A stretch of 64,000 nucleotides of DNA from an uncultured Candidatus Saccharibacteria bacterium (GTDB taxonomy: Bacteria; Patescibacteriota; WWE3; UBA101185; 2-01-FULL-41-18). Shown here in pieces: positions 56,604-64,000 of the stretch. The notes below the pieces were generated by a model, which was not told the origin of the DNA, searched no databases, and saw only the letters and a list, made by a program, of their open reading frames with translations. Both the position numbers and the translations under genes were made by a program. The DNA lies in contig CAZWQF010000001.1 in NCBI GenBank assembly GCA_964636285.1, positions 76,908 through 140,907 on the forward strand. Direction: 5' to 3'. Within the stretch, counting starts at the first letter, position 1, and each line of letters starts with the position of its first letter.

Positions 56604-57641
56604 ATGGATTCGTTAAGCCACTTAAATAAAATACTTCTGGAAAACAAAAAGATTCTTGTTAGAGGTGATTTAGATGTTCCTGTTAAAGAGGGAAAAGTTG
56701 TTGATGCTTCAAGACTTGATGCTTTGAGGGAAACGCTCGATTATCTTCTACTTAGGGGAGCTAAGGTAGTTCTCATGGGCCACATGGGAAGGCCAGACGG
56801 AAAAGTTGTTGAAGAGTTGAGGCTAAATCCAGTAGCTGATTATCTTAAATCCCTTGGATATCCTGTTATAAAAGTTAATTCTGTTCTAGGATCTGAAGTC
56901 ACAGAAAATTTAAAGATCCTAAATCAAGGTGAAATACTTCTACTTGAAAACTTAAGATTTGATCCTAGGGAAGAAAAGAATGATGAGCAATTTTCTACCG
57001 ATCTTGCCTCGTTAGGTGATGCCTTTGTAAATGAATCATTCGCTACATCACATAGAGCACATGCCTCTACTTACGGCATAGTTTCAAAGATTAAATCATA
57101 TGCAGGAATAAGGCTCTGTGCAGAAGTAGAGAACATTTCAAAAGCTATCCAAAATCCTGAAAGTCCTGTAGTTGCAATATTGGGCGGAGTAAAGCTTGAA
57201 ACAAAGCTACCTGTAATTGCTAGATTTTTATCTATAGCAGATTACATCTTGCTTGGAGGAAAGCTAGGTTTAACTTACGAAGGGGACAATAATTCAAAAA
57301 TCTTGGTACCAATAGATTATTCATCCGATAATCTTGATATTGGACAAAAAACTGTCCCAATGTTTGAAAATGTAATTAAGATTGCCAAGACCATTATTTG
57401 GAATGGCCCTATGGGCAAGTTTGAGGATCCTAACTTTTTACATGGTACAAAGAAAGTTGCTGAGGCTGTGGCAGAGTCTGGAGCCTTCTCTGTAGTTGGA
57501 GGCGGTGACACAATAGAGGCTTTGAATCATGTGGGACTTCTTGATAAGATGAGCTTTGTTTCAATGGGCGGAGGTGCCATGCTTGAATTTATTGCAGGCA
57601 ACAGGCTCCCTGGCCTTGAAGCATTAGGCTATTATGGTTAA
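56604..57641 (+). CDS. pgk: Phosphoglycerate kinase (compact, 345 aa)
   Basis: 'KILVRGDLDVPV...', 'VVLMGHMGRP', 'ILLLENLRFD', 'GGGDT', C-terminal 'SMGGGAMLEF'. Confidence 0.85.
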   Translation: MDSLSHLNKILLENKKILVRGDLDVPVKEGKVVDASRLDALRETLDYLLLRGAKVVLMGHMGRPDGKVVEELRLNPVADYLKSLGYPVIKVNSVLGSEVTENLKILNQGEILLLENLRFDPREEKNDEQFSTDLASLGDAFVNESFATSHRAHASTYGIVSKIKSYAGIRLCAEVENISKAIQNPESPVVAILGGVKLETKLPVIARFLSIADYILLGGKLGLTYEGDNNSKILVPIDYSSDNLDIGQKTVPMFENVIKIAKTIIWNGPMGKFEDPNFLHGTKKVAEAVAESGAFSVVGGGDTIEALNHVGLLDKMSFVSMGGGAMLEFIAGNRLPGLEALGYYG

Positions 57642-57915
57642 AAAAATCCTTAGGATTTCGGCACCTGAAAAGTGCATTGGCTGTGAGCTATGCGTATTTG
57701 CAGTCCAGCGAATGCTTAATAAAGTTGGGGTAGCCTCAACTCCCATTAGAATTCTAACGAGTGGTGATAAATTTAGTATTCATGTTGACCCTTCGGTAAA
57801 TGAGCTAGATATCAAAAAAATAACTGAAATCTGCCCTAAAGGTTGTTTCTCTGTTGAAGAGGCTGCAGCTCAAGATGGGCCTGAATTCTCGTTAAGGGAG
57901 GATAAAGAAGAATGA
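57634..57915 (+). CDS. Small ferredoxin-like Cys-rich protein (CxxCxxC ... CPxGC)
   Basis: 'CIGCELC' and 'CPKGC'. Overlaps pgk by 8 nt and the next gene by 4 nt, suggesting an operon. Confidence 0.5.
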   Translation: MVKKILRISAPEKCIGCELCVFAVQRMLNKVGVASTPIRILTSGDKFSIHVDPSVNELDIKKITEICPKGCFSVEEAAAQDGPEFSLREDKEE

Positions 57916-58787
57916 ACCTAAGTAGCATTAATATTTTGCACATAGATCTAGGTAGAAGGACCTTTACTTCAAAGTCGTACCCAGAGCTTAGGAAGTACAT
58001 TGGAGGGGTTGGCCTTGCCTCTAAGCTTGTATTAGATCATCTGGATACATTACCCGTTGTTTTTAGTACAGGGCCTTTAAATGGCCTTTTCCCATTCGCC
58101 TCAAAAACATGTGCTGGTTACATACAAAACAATAGATTTGTAGATTGCTATGGCGGTGGCAGGCTTTCTACCAGAATAAATTTAAGCGGTTACGACGCTG
58201 TTATTTTTGATGGGGTTTCCATTGAGCCTCTATCAATAGTTGTAAATGAGAAAGAAGTGAGCTTTGTTAGCTTTGAAATAAATCCAGAAACACTCGGGGT
58301 TCCAGGTAGAAAAAGCTTAGTAAGTGCAACGAACCAAGGTGTTCAAGTTGATAAGTACTTTTATTTTGGAGACAAAGCTTTGGCGGAGAGGCTTAAGGAG
58401 AAGGGTGTCTACAATTTTGTAATCTCAGCAACAAACGATACAGCTCTGCCAAACAAAGAAAAATACGAAAAAATGTACTACGAGGTTCTTGGAATGGTAA
58501 ATAAAATGCTTATAGCTCCGGGCAACCATCCTTCCTGTTCCGGGTGTCCAATGGGTTGTGAAAAATCTCATGAAGGTGAGGTGGGAGGAAGCGTTCTTGT
58601 GCATTCTCTAGTGGGATGCGGTTACGCTGAGATGATTTATAGCAGTGTGTCTTTAGTATTTGGATGTCTTAACAGTCTCGGGTACGATTATGTTCACGAA
58701 GACCTTGAGGCTTTGAGTAATCTTGTTTATTCTAATATCAATGAAATTAATGAAAAATTATCTAATAGCCAATTGGAAAGAAAATAA
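57912..58787 (+). CDS. Miniaturised aldehyde:ferredoxin oxidoreductase (AOR)-like protein. It has an AOR N-terminal domain plus a CxxCxxxC Fe-S motif but lacks most of the pterin-binding C-terminal domains (291 aa).
   Basis: 'YIGGVGLASKLVL...VFSTGPLNGLFPFASKTCAGYIQNNRFVDCYGGGRLSTRINLSGYDAVIFDGVSIEPLSIVV' tracks the AFOR_N consensus (GGxGL...TGPLTG...SGYDAI..G.). 'CSGCPMGC'. Confidence 0.55.
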   Translation: MNLSSINILHIDLGRRTFTSKSYPELRKYIGGVGLASKLVLDHLDTLPVVFSTGPLNGLFPFASKTCAGYIQNNRFVDCYGGGRLSTRINLSGYDAVIFDGVSIEPLSIVVNEKEVSFVSFEINPETLGVPGRKSLVSATNQGVQVDKYFYFGDKALAERLKEKGVYNFVISATNDTALPNKEKYEKMYYEVLGMVNKMLIAPGNHPSCSGCPMGCEKSHEGEVGGSVLVHSLVGCGYAEMIYSSVSLVFGCLNSLGYDYVHEDLEALSNLVYSNINEINEKLSNSQLERK

Positions 58788-59421
58788 AACACTAAAAGAA
58801 GTTCAGGACTTCTTTGAAAAATTCGCAAAGATTTACAAACCTGTTGAGGGGCTTGAGGTGGTTATTTGCCCTTCGTTTCCATATTTAGCAGAAGTAAAAG
58901 CTCAGATAGAAAAATATGGGCTCAAAAATGTGAATTGCGGTGCTCAGGATGCCTCTGTGTATAAAGAAGGGTCCCACACTGGTGAGGTGTCCCCACTACA
59001 AATAAAGGATTATTGTGACTATGTGATTCTAGGTCATAGCGAAAGGGCTGAATCATTTAATCTTATTCTAGAAAAAATTTCTGGATGCCATTCGGCTGGA
59101 TTAACGCCTATTATCTGTTTAAGTGCGCCTGAGGAGTTTATGTACGATTTTATTCAAGAGAACGTACTCCTTGTTTGGGAGGATCCTTCAAACATTTCAA
59201 AAGACGGCGTTTTCCGTGTAAAATCTGAAAGCGAGTTTGAGGTTGGGGTAAAAAAGATTAAGGATGAAATGCCAACTGATAGGCCATTGATTTACGGGGG
59301 TTCTGTAAATCAAGATAGCGCTGATATGATGCTAAAGAATGAAAGCATCAAAGGTTTTCTTGTAGGTAAGGCAAGTTTAACCCCTGAAACCTTCAACAAT
59401 CTTGCACAAAAATTTAACTAA
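58750..59421 (+). CDS. tpiA: Triosephosphate isomerase. Start taken at internal Met (MKNYLIANWK); tool start is 58723.
   Basis: 'IANWKEN', 'ILGHSERAE', 'GGSVN'. Confidence 0.85.
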   Translation: MKNYLIANWKENKTLKEVQDFFEKFAKIYKPVEGLEVVICPSFPYLAEVKAQIEKYGLKNVNCGAQDASVYKEGSHTGEVSPLQIKDYCDYVILGHSERAESFNLILEKISGCHSAGLTPIICLSAPEEFMYDFIQENVLLVWEDPSNISKDGVFRVKSESEFEVGVKKIKDEMPTDRPLIYGGSVNQDSADMMLKNESIKGFLVGKASLTPETFNNLAQKFN

Positions 59422-60496
59422 TATGAGATACGTTGACCTAGGTGCTGTGAATGCTATGAATGAAAAGCGAAAGCAGGAGCAGCAAACCCACAAAAGAAAA
59501 TGGTGGAAACTTCTTTTTATAGTTCCTGTTTTTGTGGTTCTATTTTTGGTGGTGAACGCAATAAGAAAAGAGGGCTTGGCAGCGCTGCTTAATCCAGTTT
59601 CTATTGTGTCTGATTTTGTATCCCCATCTAAACTCGCGGAAGCAGATGGACGAACAAATGTGCTCGTCTTAGGTTTGGACAGAAGGTCTTACCAAAAAAC
59701 AGGAGGTCTAACGGATACTGTTTTGGTAGGTTCTGTAAGTAGATCCTCAAAGCAGGTAGACATGATTTCACTACCAAGGGATTTATGGGTTGAAGCTCCA
59801 GGCGGGACTAGAACAAAAATTAATGGCGTGTATGCACTTGAGAGTAGGGAGTCCCTGGAGAAAGTAGTGCAAGATGTTACGGCACTTCCAATTCATTACT
59901 ATGTGATAGTTGATTTTGCGGTTTTTGAGAAGGTGATAAATGTAGTTGGTGGTATTGATGTTAATGTTGAGAATTCGTTTGATGACTTTGAGTACCCCAT
60001 TGAAGGAAAAGAAGATGCAATGCCAGAAAGCGAAAGATACTTACATGTTCGTTTTGAAAAAGGTCTTCAGAAAATGGATGCAAAAACGGCTCTAATTTTT
60101 TCAAGGTCTAGGCATGGTACAAACAATGAGGGTACTGACTTTGCAAGGGCAAAGAGGCAGCAGCTTGTCATTAAAGCTGTTTGGGATAAAGTTTTGTCAC
60201 TTGAGACTCTCTCAAACCCTATGAAGATAAAAGAGCTTTATGACACGTATAAAGACTCGATCGATACAAATATTGGGCTTGCTGAGGGTCAAGAATTTTT
60301 TGAAATTGGAAAAGAAATTGGATTTAGTAATGTGAAATCGCTCGTTCTTGATGATAGAAGCACAGAAGAAGAGGGCGGGCTTTTATATGCCCCACAAGAT
60401 AGAACACTATATGGCGGGGCTTACGTACTTATTCCAAAGTCAGGTGATTATTCACAAATCCATGGGTATATTCAAAAACTTCTGTTTAGCAAATAG
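59402..60496 (+). CDS. LCP-family (LytR-CpsA-Psr) cell-wall glycopolymer phosphotransferase
   Basis: N-terminal TM. 'NVLVLGLDRRSYQKTGGLTDTVLVGSV...DMISLPRDLWV'. Confidence 0.8.
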   Translation: MHKNLTNMRYVDLGAVNAMNEKRKQEQQTHKRKWWKLLFIVPVFVVLFLVVNAIRKEGLAALLNPVSIVSDFVSPSKLAEADGRTNVLVLGLDRRSYQKTGGLTDTVLVGSVSRSSKQVDMISLPRDLWVEAPGGTRTKINGVYALESRESLEKVVQDVTALPIHYYVIVDFAVFEKVINVVGGIDVNVENSFDDFEYPIEGKEDAMPESERYLHVRFEKGLQKMDAKTALIFSRSRHGTNNEGTDFARAKRQQLVIKAVWDKVLSLETLSNPMKIKELYDTYKDSIDTNIGLAEGQEFFEIGKEIGFSNVKSLVLDDRSTEEEGGLLYAPQDRTLYGGAYVLIPKSGDYSQIHGYIQKLLFSK

Positions 60497-60505
60497 AATA
60501 CAATT

Positions 60506-61201
60506 GTGATTTACATAGTGCACGGAGAAAATCAGATAGCCTCAAGAAAGGAAGCTTTAAGAATTGCAAGTAGCGAAGGGGCTTCTGTTGTAGAAATGAG
60601 GTCTGTAGATCATGATGTTTCACAGGTAGCAGGCAAGTTTTTTTCCTCAGATCTTTTTAGTTCTAAAATCAGCCTAATTTTTAACATGACAAAGGATAAA
60701 AACTTTGATTATAAAGAACTGATTCAAAGATTTCTCACAACCGAATCAAACAATAATTTTATTTTTTATTCCTCGGCTTTGATTGAGAAATCAAACCCTG
60801 TGCTTAAGGCTGTGGGTGAGCTTAAGGCATCTATGAGAGAGTTTAAGGATGACCAGAAGCAAAGCGTGTTTGCATTGATAGATGCACTCATGGAAAAGAA
60901 ACGAAAAGACTCATATAACAGACTTGGTGAGCTCCTAGATGCCAATGAGGATGAGTTTGAGATTTTGTCTATGATGGTGTTTGGGCTCAGAAACCTAGCA
61001 CTCTTTCACTTTGAGGCTCCTTCGTTTTCAAAGTTGCATCCTTTTGTTCAGCAAAAAACTACAAAACAGGCAAAAAACTTTTCAAAGACAGAGATTGTAG
61101 ACCTTTATGAAAATCTTTATACGTTTGATCTAGAAACTAAAACAGGGAAGAGGTCGCCTGATATGGCACTTTCCCTTATGATAGAAAAAATTGTAGGCTG
61201 A
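60506..61201 (+). CDS. DNA polymerase III delta-subunit (HolA)-like protein
   Basis: 'MIYIVHGEN' N-terminus. Helical C-terminal domain. Size and position fit, but sequence evidence is modest. Confidence 0.45.
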   Translation: MIYIVHGENQIASRKEALRIASSEGASVVEMRSVDHDVSQVAGKFFSSDLFSSKISLIFNMTKDKNFDYKELIQRFLTTESNNNFIFYSSALIEKSNPVLKAVGELKASMREFKDDQKQSVFALIDALMEKKRKDSYNRLGELLDANEDEFEILSMMVFGLRNLALFHFEAPSFSKLHPFVQQKTTKQAKNFSKTEIVDLYENLYTFDLETKTGKRSPDMALSLMIEKIVG

Positions 61202-61203
61202 CC

Positions 61204-61914
61204 ATGAATAAACTTCTTGCCAAAATTAACCCAAACTTTTTTGCAGTTTCTTTTATTGGTCCTTTTGTGCTGTCGCTACTTGGAATTTTATTAATTATGG
61301 TGTTTGTAGTCCTTCCATATGTTAACCTCAACATAGAATCCGTTATGGCTTCTCCGATTGTACCGGGGTATTTTAAGGACGCTTCGGGGTTTAAGGCCTT
61401 TTCTTTTTCGGAATTCTCAGGACATAAAAAGCCGGAGTATAAGCCTGTTACACATTCTGTGGCCGGTGTTAATTCAACACCAAAAATTTTTACAGTCTCA
61501 GTTCCAAAATTAGGAATTAAGAATGCAAAAATTGAAACGGACTCAACAGATCTTAGTCCGGACCATGTTTTAGGCCACTACAAAGGCACTGCATATCCAG
61601 GCGAAGAGGGGAATGCTCTAATTTACGGTCATTCAGTTCTACCTGTGTTTTACAGTCCTCAAAATTACAAAACAATATTTTCAACATTACCTAGTATGGT
61701 TGAAGGAGATAAGTTTAGCGTTAGTTTTGCTGGAAGTAACTTTGAATATAAGGTTGTTAAGAAGATGAACATGAAACCAGAGGAAGTAGAAGTTTTTGAT
61801 CCTAACCCTGCAAAGCTTGGTAAAAAGACATCAACAGTGACCCTTCTGACATGTGTACCTCCAGGTTCAAAAACATATAGGTTACTTGTTGTCGGAGAGA
61901 TGGTTAAAAAATAA
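61204..61914 (+). CDS. Sortase-family transpeptidase
   Basis: N-terminal TM. 'ALIYGHSV' (catalytic His). 'TVTLLTCVPPGS' (TLxTC catalytic Cys). Confidence 0.8.
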   Translation: MNKLLAKINPNFFAVSFIGPFVLSLLGILLIMVFVVLPYVNLNIESVMASPIVPGYFKDASGFKAFSFSEFSGHKKPEYKPVTHSVAGVNSTPKIFTVSVPKLGIKNAKIETDSTDLSPDHVLGHYKGTAYPGEEGNALIYGHSVLPVFYSPQNYKTIFSTLPSMVEGDKFSVSFAGSNFEYKVVKKMNMKPEEVEVFDPNPAKLGKKTSTVTLLTCVPPGSKTYRLLVVGEMVKK

Positions 61915-61915
61915 A

Positions 61916-62245
61916 TTACTTTTGTTCAGTAAGTGAGTTTTGACAGTTGTTTGAGATTTTTCCTAGGCATATATTGAATTTCTCAATCTTAGAGACAATT
62001 GGCACTTCTCTTTTGTGAATCTCTTTTATTTCCCCATCGCATTTATATGAACAGACTTCTCCAAAGCTACCATCCTCTGGCTTAGACTCTGTAGAATCTG
62101 AAATATCCCAATAAAAAGTGACACCTGGAAATACTGTTGTAGATGGAAAAACTATAATTCTGAATGCTAGGACGATTGCTACTATTGAGAGGGCAACTGC
62201 AATCAATTTGTTTTTACTACTTTGCTCCCTATTCTTTGTAGCCAC
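61916..62245 (-). CDS. Small N-terminally anchored hypothetical protein
   Basis: ORF track. N-terminal TM. Confidence 0.45.
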   Translation of the reverse strand: MATKNREQSSKNKLIAVALSIVAIVLAFRIIVFPSTTVFPGVTFYWDISDSTESKPEDGSFGEVCSYKCDGEIKEIHKREVPIVSKIEKFNICLGKISNNCQNSLTEQK

Positions 62246-62247
62246 GG

Positions 62248-62907
62248 TTAGATTCTTTCTCTAATCTTTCTCTCAAATGATCTAATTGCAGCCTTCCTGG
62301 ATTTTTCCGATCCAAGGTAGACTCCATAGAAAACAAATGCAAGTCCTGTGATTATAACTGCAGCCATTGAGCTTGAACCTGTGGTTGGGGTTCCTCCAAC
62401 TGTAGCCTCTTTTGTAGTCCCTGCAAGAACTGCAGGTTTTTGTGTGGGCGTATCTTGGGTTGAAGTCCCAAGAACTGCGGTTTCCTCTGTGCTACTTGCT
62501 GTAAGTCCTCCAAAAACAGATGTTTGTTGTGCTGCTGCCTGTAATGGCACATCCTCAGCTTTTTGGGCTGGGGCTTGTATTGCGGTAGGCACTGGAGTTG
62601 ACACTGGGGTTGGAGTTGGCGTTACTTTTGTTTCCGAAAAGTCTTCGGCCACATCCTGAGCCATAGCCATCTCTTTTGGTGCCTCTACTTTTTCTTTTGT
62701 GCTATCTGTAGCAACAACATCTTCGGGTGTTGTAGTGTCTGGTCTTCCCAAAGAGTTGGCACTCTTATTATTGTACGAAAGCTGATTGTCTTGTGCTTTG
62801 GAGTTTAACGCGTTAACTGCAAAATATGCAGAAAAGTAAATACCAGCAGCAATGGCTACAGTGGCAACGAATGAAAGAAATCCCTTTTTTGCTTCAACAT
62901 TATTCAT
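62248..62907 (-). CDS. Thr/Pro/Ala-rich low-complexity surface protein with an N-terminal TM and a C-terminal hydrophobic helix plus basic tail (sortase-substrate-like topology, no canonical LPXTG)
   Basis: '...TPTPTPVSTPVPTAIQAPAQ...'. C-terminal 'TTGSSSMAAVIITGLAFVFYGVYLGSEKSRK'. Confidence 0.45.
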   Translation of the reverse strand: MNNVEAKKGFLSFVATVAIAAGIYFSAYFAVNALNSKAQDNQLSYNNKSANSLGRPDTTTPEDVVATDSTKEKVEAPKEMAMAQDVAEDFSETKVTPTPTPVSTPVPTAIQAPAQKAEDVPLQAAAQQTSVFGGLTASSTEETAVLGTSTQDTPTQKPAVLAGTTKEATVGGTPTTGSSSMAAVIITGLAFVFYGVYLGSEKSRKAAIRSFERKIRERI

Positions 62908-62937
62908 AGGCAGGTTATCTACTTAAGTTTTTTAGGC

Positions 62938-63087
62938 TTTCGACATCATTTTTTGTAACTTCAACTCTGTCAAAAGGTTTCACCGTAACACTAGTATCTG
63001 ATAGATACGGTGGATTCATTCTTATCCATACTAATAATACTACAGTTATTATAGTTGTCCATATTAGAATGATAGAATCCTTATTCA
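62938..63087 (-). CDS. Unannotated 49-aa single-TM ORF between the surface protein and the PilO-like gene
   Basis: Hand-translated: MNKDSIILIWTTIITVVLLVWIRMNPPYLSDTSVTVKPFDRVEVTKNDV... Confidence 0.3.
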
Positions 63088-63089
63088 TA

Positions 63090-63671
63090 TTACTTTGATA
63101 AATAGTATATTACAAGAGTCATATCAACAAGCCCTTGATCTTCTGTACTTTCCTGAGAAACACTAAGCGCTTTTATACCTATGAACCTTGTATCTTCTTC
63201 TAATGCTTTCACCAGTTTTAGCGCATTTTGAACGTCTCCCTTGAAGGCAACCTTTAGCTTTGTTTCTTCATATTGCCCGTTTTTATTTAAATTTGGCTCT
63301 GGGGTCAATGAGTCCAGTTGTATACCTGCAACCGCCGCTGTATAAGATAGATGCTCCATAAAATCAGGAAGTCTGCTGTCCTCTGGGATTGAATCTTTAA
63401 GTTTATTTCTATTTACGGATGCCTCTTGAAGTAGAGGTTTAAGACTTTGAATATTTCCCAAATAATCGTTTATTGATTCTAGCTGCGCTTTTCTTGTTAC
63501 AAGATTTGCATTCTTTTCATTCATTTCAGCAAGAGTTGGTTTAAATCCAAAAAAGTATAAAAGTATTATTACAATCACAACAATAAGAGATGTCATGGAC
63601 GCATACTTTCTTGGTTCGTAGAGGTATTCTCTTGTGTATCTACTCCAGTATCTAAATTGCTGTCTTTTCAT
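63090..63671 (-). CDS. PilO-like type IV pilus inner-membrane assembly protein
   Basis: Short cytoplasmic N-terminus, one TM, coiled-coil, then a ferredoxin-like C-terminal domain. 4-nt overlap with the upstream gene. Confidence 0.45.
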   Translation of the reverse strand: MKRQQFRYWSRYTREYLYEPRKYASMTSLIVVIVIILLYFFGFKPTLAEMNEKNANLVTRKAQLESINDYLGNIQSLKPLLQEASVNRNKLKDSIPEDSRLPDFMEHLSYTAAVAGIQLDSLTPEPNLNKNGQYEETKLKVAFKGDVQNALKLVKALEEDTRFIGIKALSVSQESTEDQGLVDMTLVIYYLSK

Positions 63672-64000
63672 TGCGCCCCCTTTGTATCAATCTCAACTCT
63701 AAATAGGTATTCTCCGCTCTGACTTAAAAGAGTAGCAGACTCTAAACTAATTTGGCTAACTTTCTTGCTTTCAAGAAATGCAATTACTAGTTTTGCAAAA
63801 TATTCGCTTTTAGGCGTTGAAAGGGTGAGTTTAATTTTTCCAGGAAAATAGGTTAGTCCTTTTACAATGACTTCTTGAGGTGTTCTTTGATACACCAGTT
63901 CTATGTCACCTTCTATCTTGGGGTTTGATACTTTAACAGATTTAAAGGCGTTTATTCCAGCAGAAAGGGCTCTTGCGTCTTTTTCAACTGACTCTGCTTC
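63668..64000 (-). CDS. PilN-like protein, 5'-partial. The reading frame is open to the window edge beyond the tool start at 63895.
   Basis: Minus-strand frame continues without a stop to nt 64000 ('...EAESVEKDARALSAGINAFKSVKVSNPKIEGDIELVYQRTPQEV...'). Confidence 0.4.
   Translation of the reverse strand, partial: EAESVEKDARALSAGINAFKSVKVSNPKIEGDIELVYQRTPQEVIVKGLTYFPGKIKLTLSTPKSEYFAKLVIAFLESKKVSQISLESATLLSQSGEYLFRVEIDTKGAQ

Noticed and set aside
56604-57641. Truncation or pseudogenisation of pgk (345 aa) and trxA (89 aa)
   Set aside because: All catalytic motifs are intact and compact versions of core enzymes are common in reduced genomes. Treated as functional.
1-64000. CRISPR arrays, rRNA genes, transposases/IS elements, integrases
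   Set aside because: No regularly spaced direct repeats, no rRNA-like conserved stretches, and no DDE/tyrosine-recombinase-like ORFs were seen on reading. The islands noted lack an identifiable mobility gene within this window.

Overview
The window is a 64 kb chromosomal segment from a low-GC bacterium (by eye mid-30s % G+C). Its small proteins and gene repertoire fit a CPR/Patescibacteria-like organism, and the ORF track reads cleanly in the standard code. Recognisable housekeeping genes include smpB plus a tmRNA (ssrA) called directly from the sequence, tsaD, valS, rplY, groES/groEL, a tRNA-Cys(GCA), tmk, tatD, uppS, rsmA/ksgA, a PcrA/UvrD helicase, and a trxA-gap-pgk-tpiA glycolytic cluster. 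Cell-envelope genes are numerous: a Wzz-like protein, an epimerase fusion, an O-antigen-ligase-like protein, a UbiA prenyltransferase, an MraY/WecA-like transferase, a GT2, an LCP protein, a sortase, three FemAB-family paralogs, a DD-carboxypeptidase and type IV pilus PilN/PilO-like genes at the 3' edge. Seven accessory features stand out. (1) A variable island lies directly 3' of the tmRNA (~2.1-6.4 kb) with a CPBP/Abi protease, a frameshifted GC-rich gene remnant, a minimal nucleotidyltransferase, an FkbM methyltransferase and two small GC-elevated ORFs. (2) A compositionally distinct, visibly GC-richer 5-gene minus-strand island (~11.2-16.4 kb) encodes a signal-peptide M23 peptidase / polytopic membrane / family-3 lytic transglycosylase fusion with membrane partners, closed by its own terminator. 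(3) A ferredoxin-like gene and a miniaturised aldehyde:ferredoxin-oxidoreductase-like gene sit between pgk and tpiA. (4) A UvrD helicase is fused to a Cas4/AddB-like Fe-S nuclease. (5) An RNase H, a YkuK/DUF458 protein and a nucleotidyltransferase form a triad. (6) Several short, strikingly GC-rich intergenic patches carry small Arg/Lys-rich ORFs or possible structured RNA. (7) A 1102-aa epimerase is fused to a large extracytoplasmic domain. No CRISPR array, rRNA or obvious transposase was seen.
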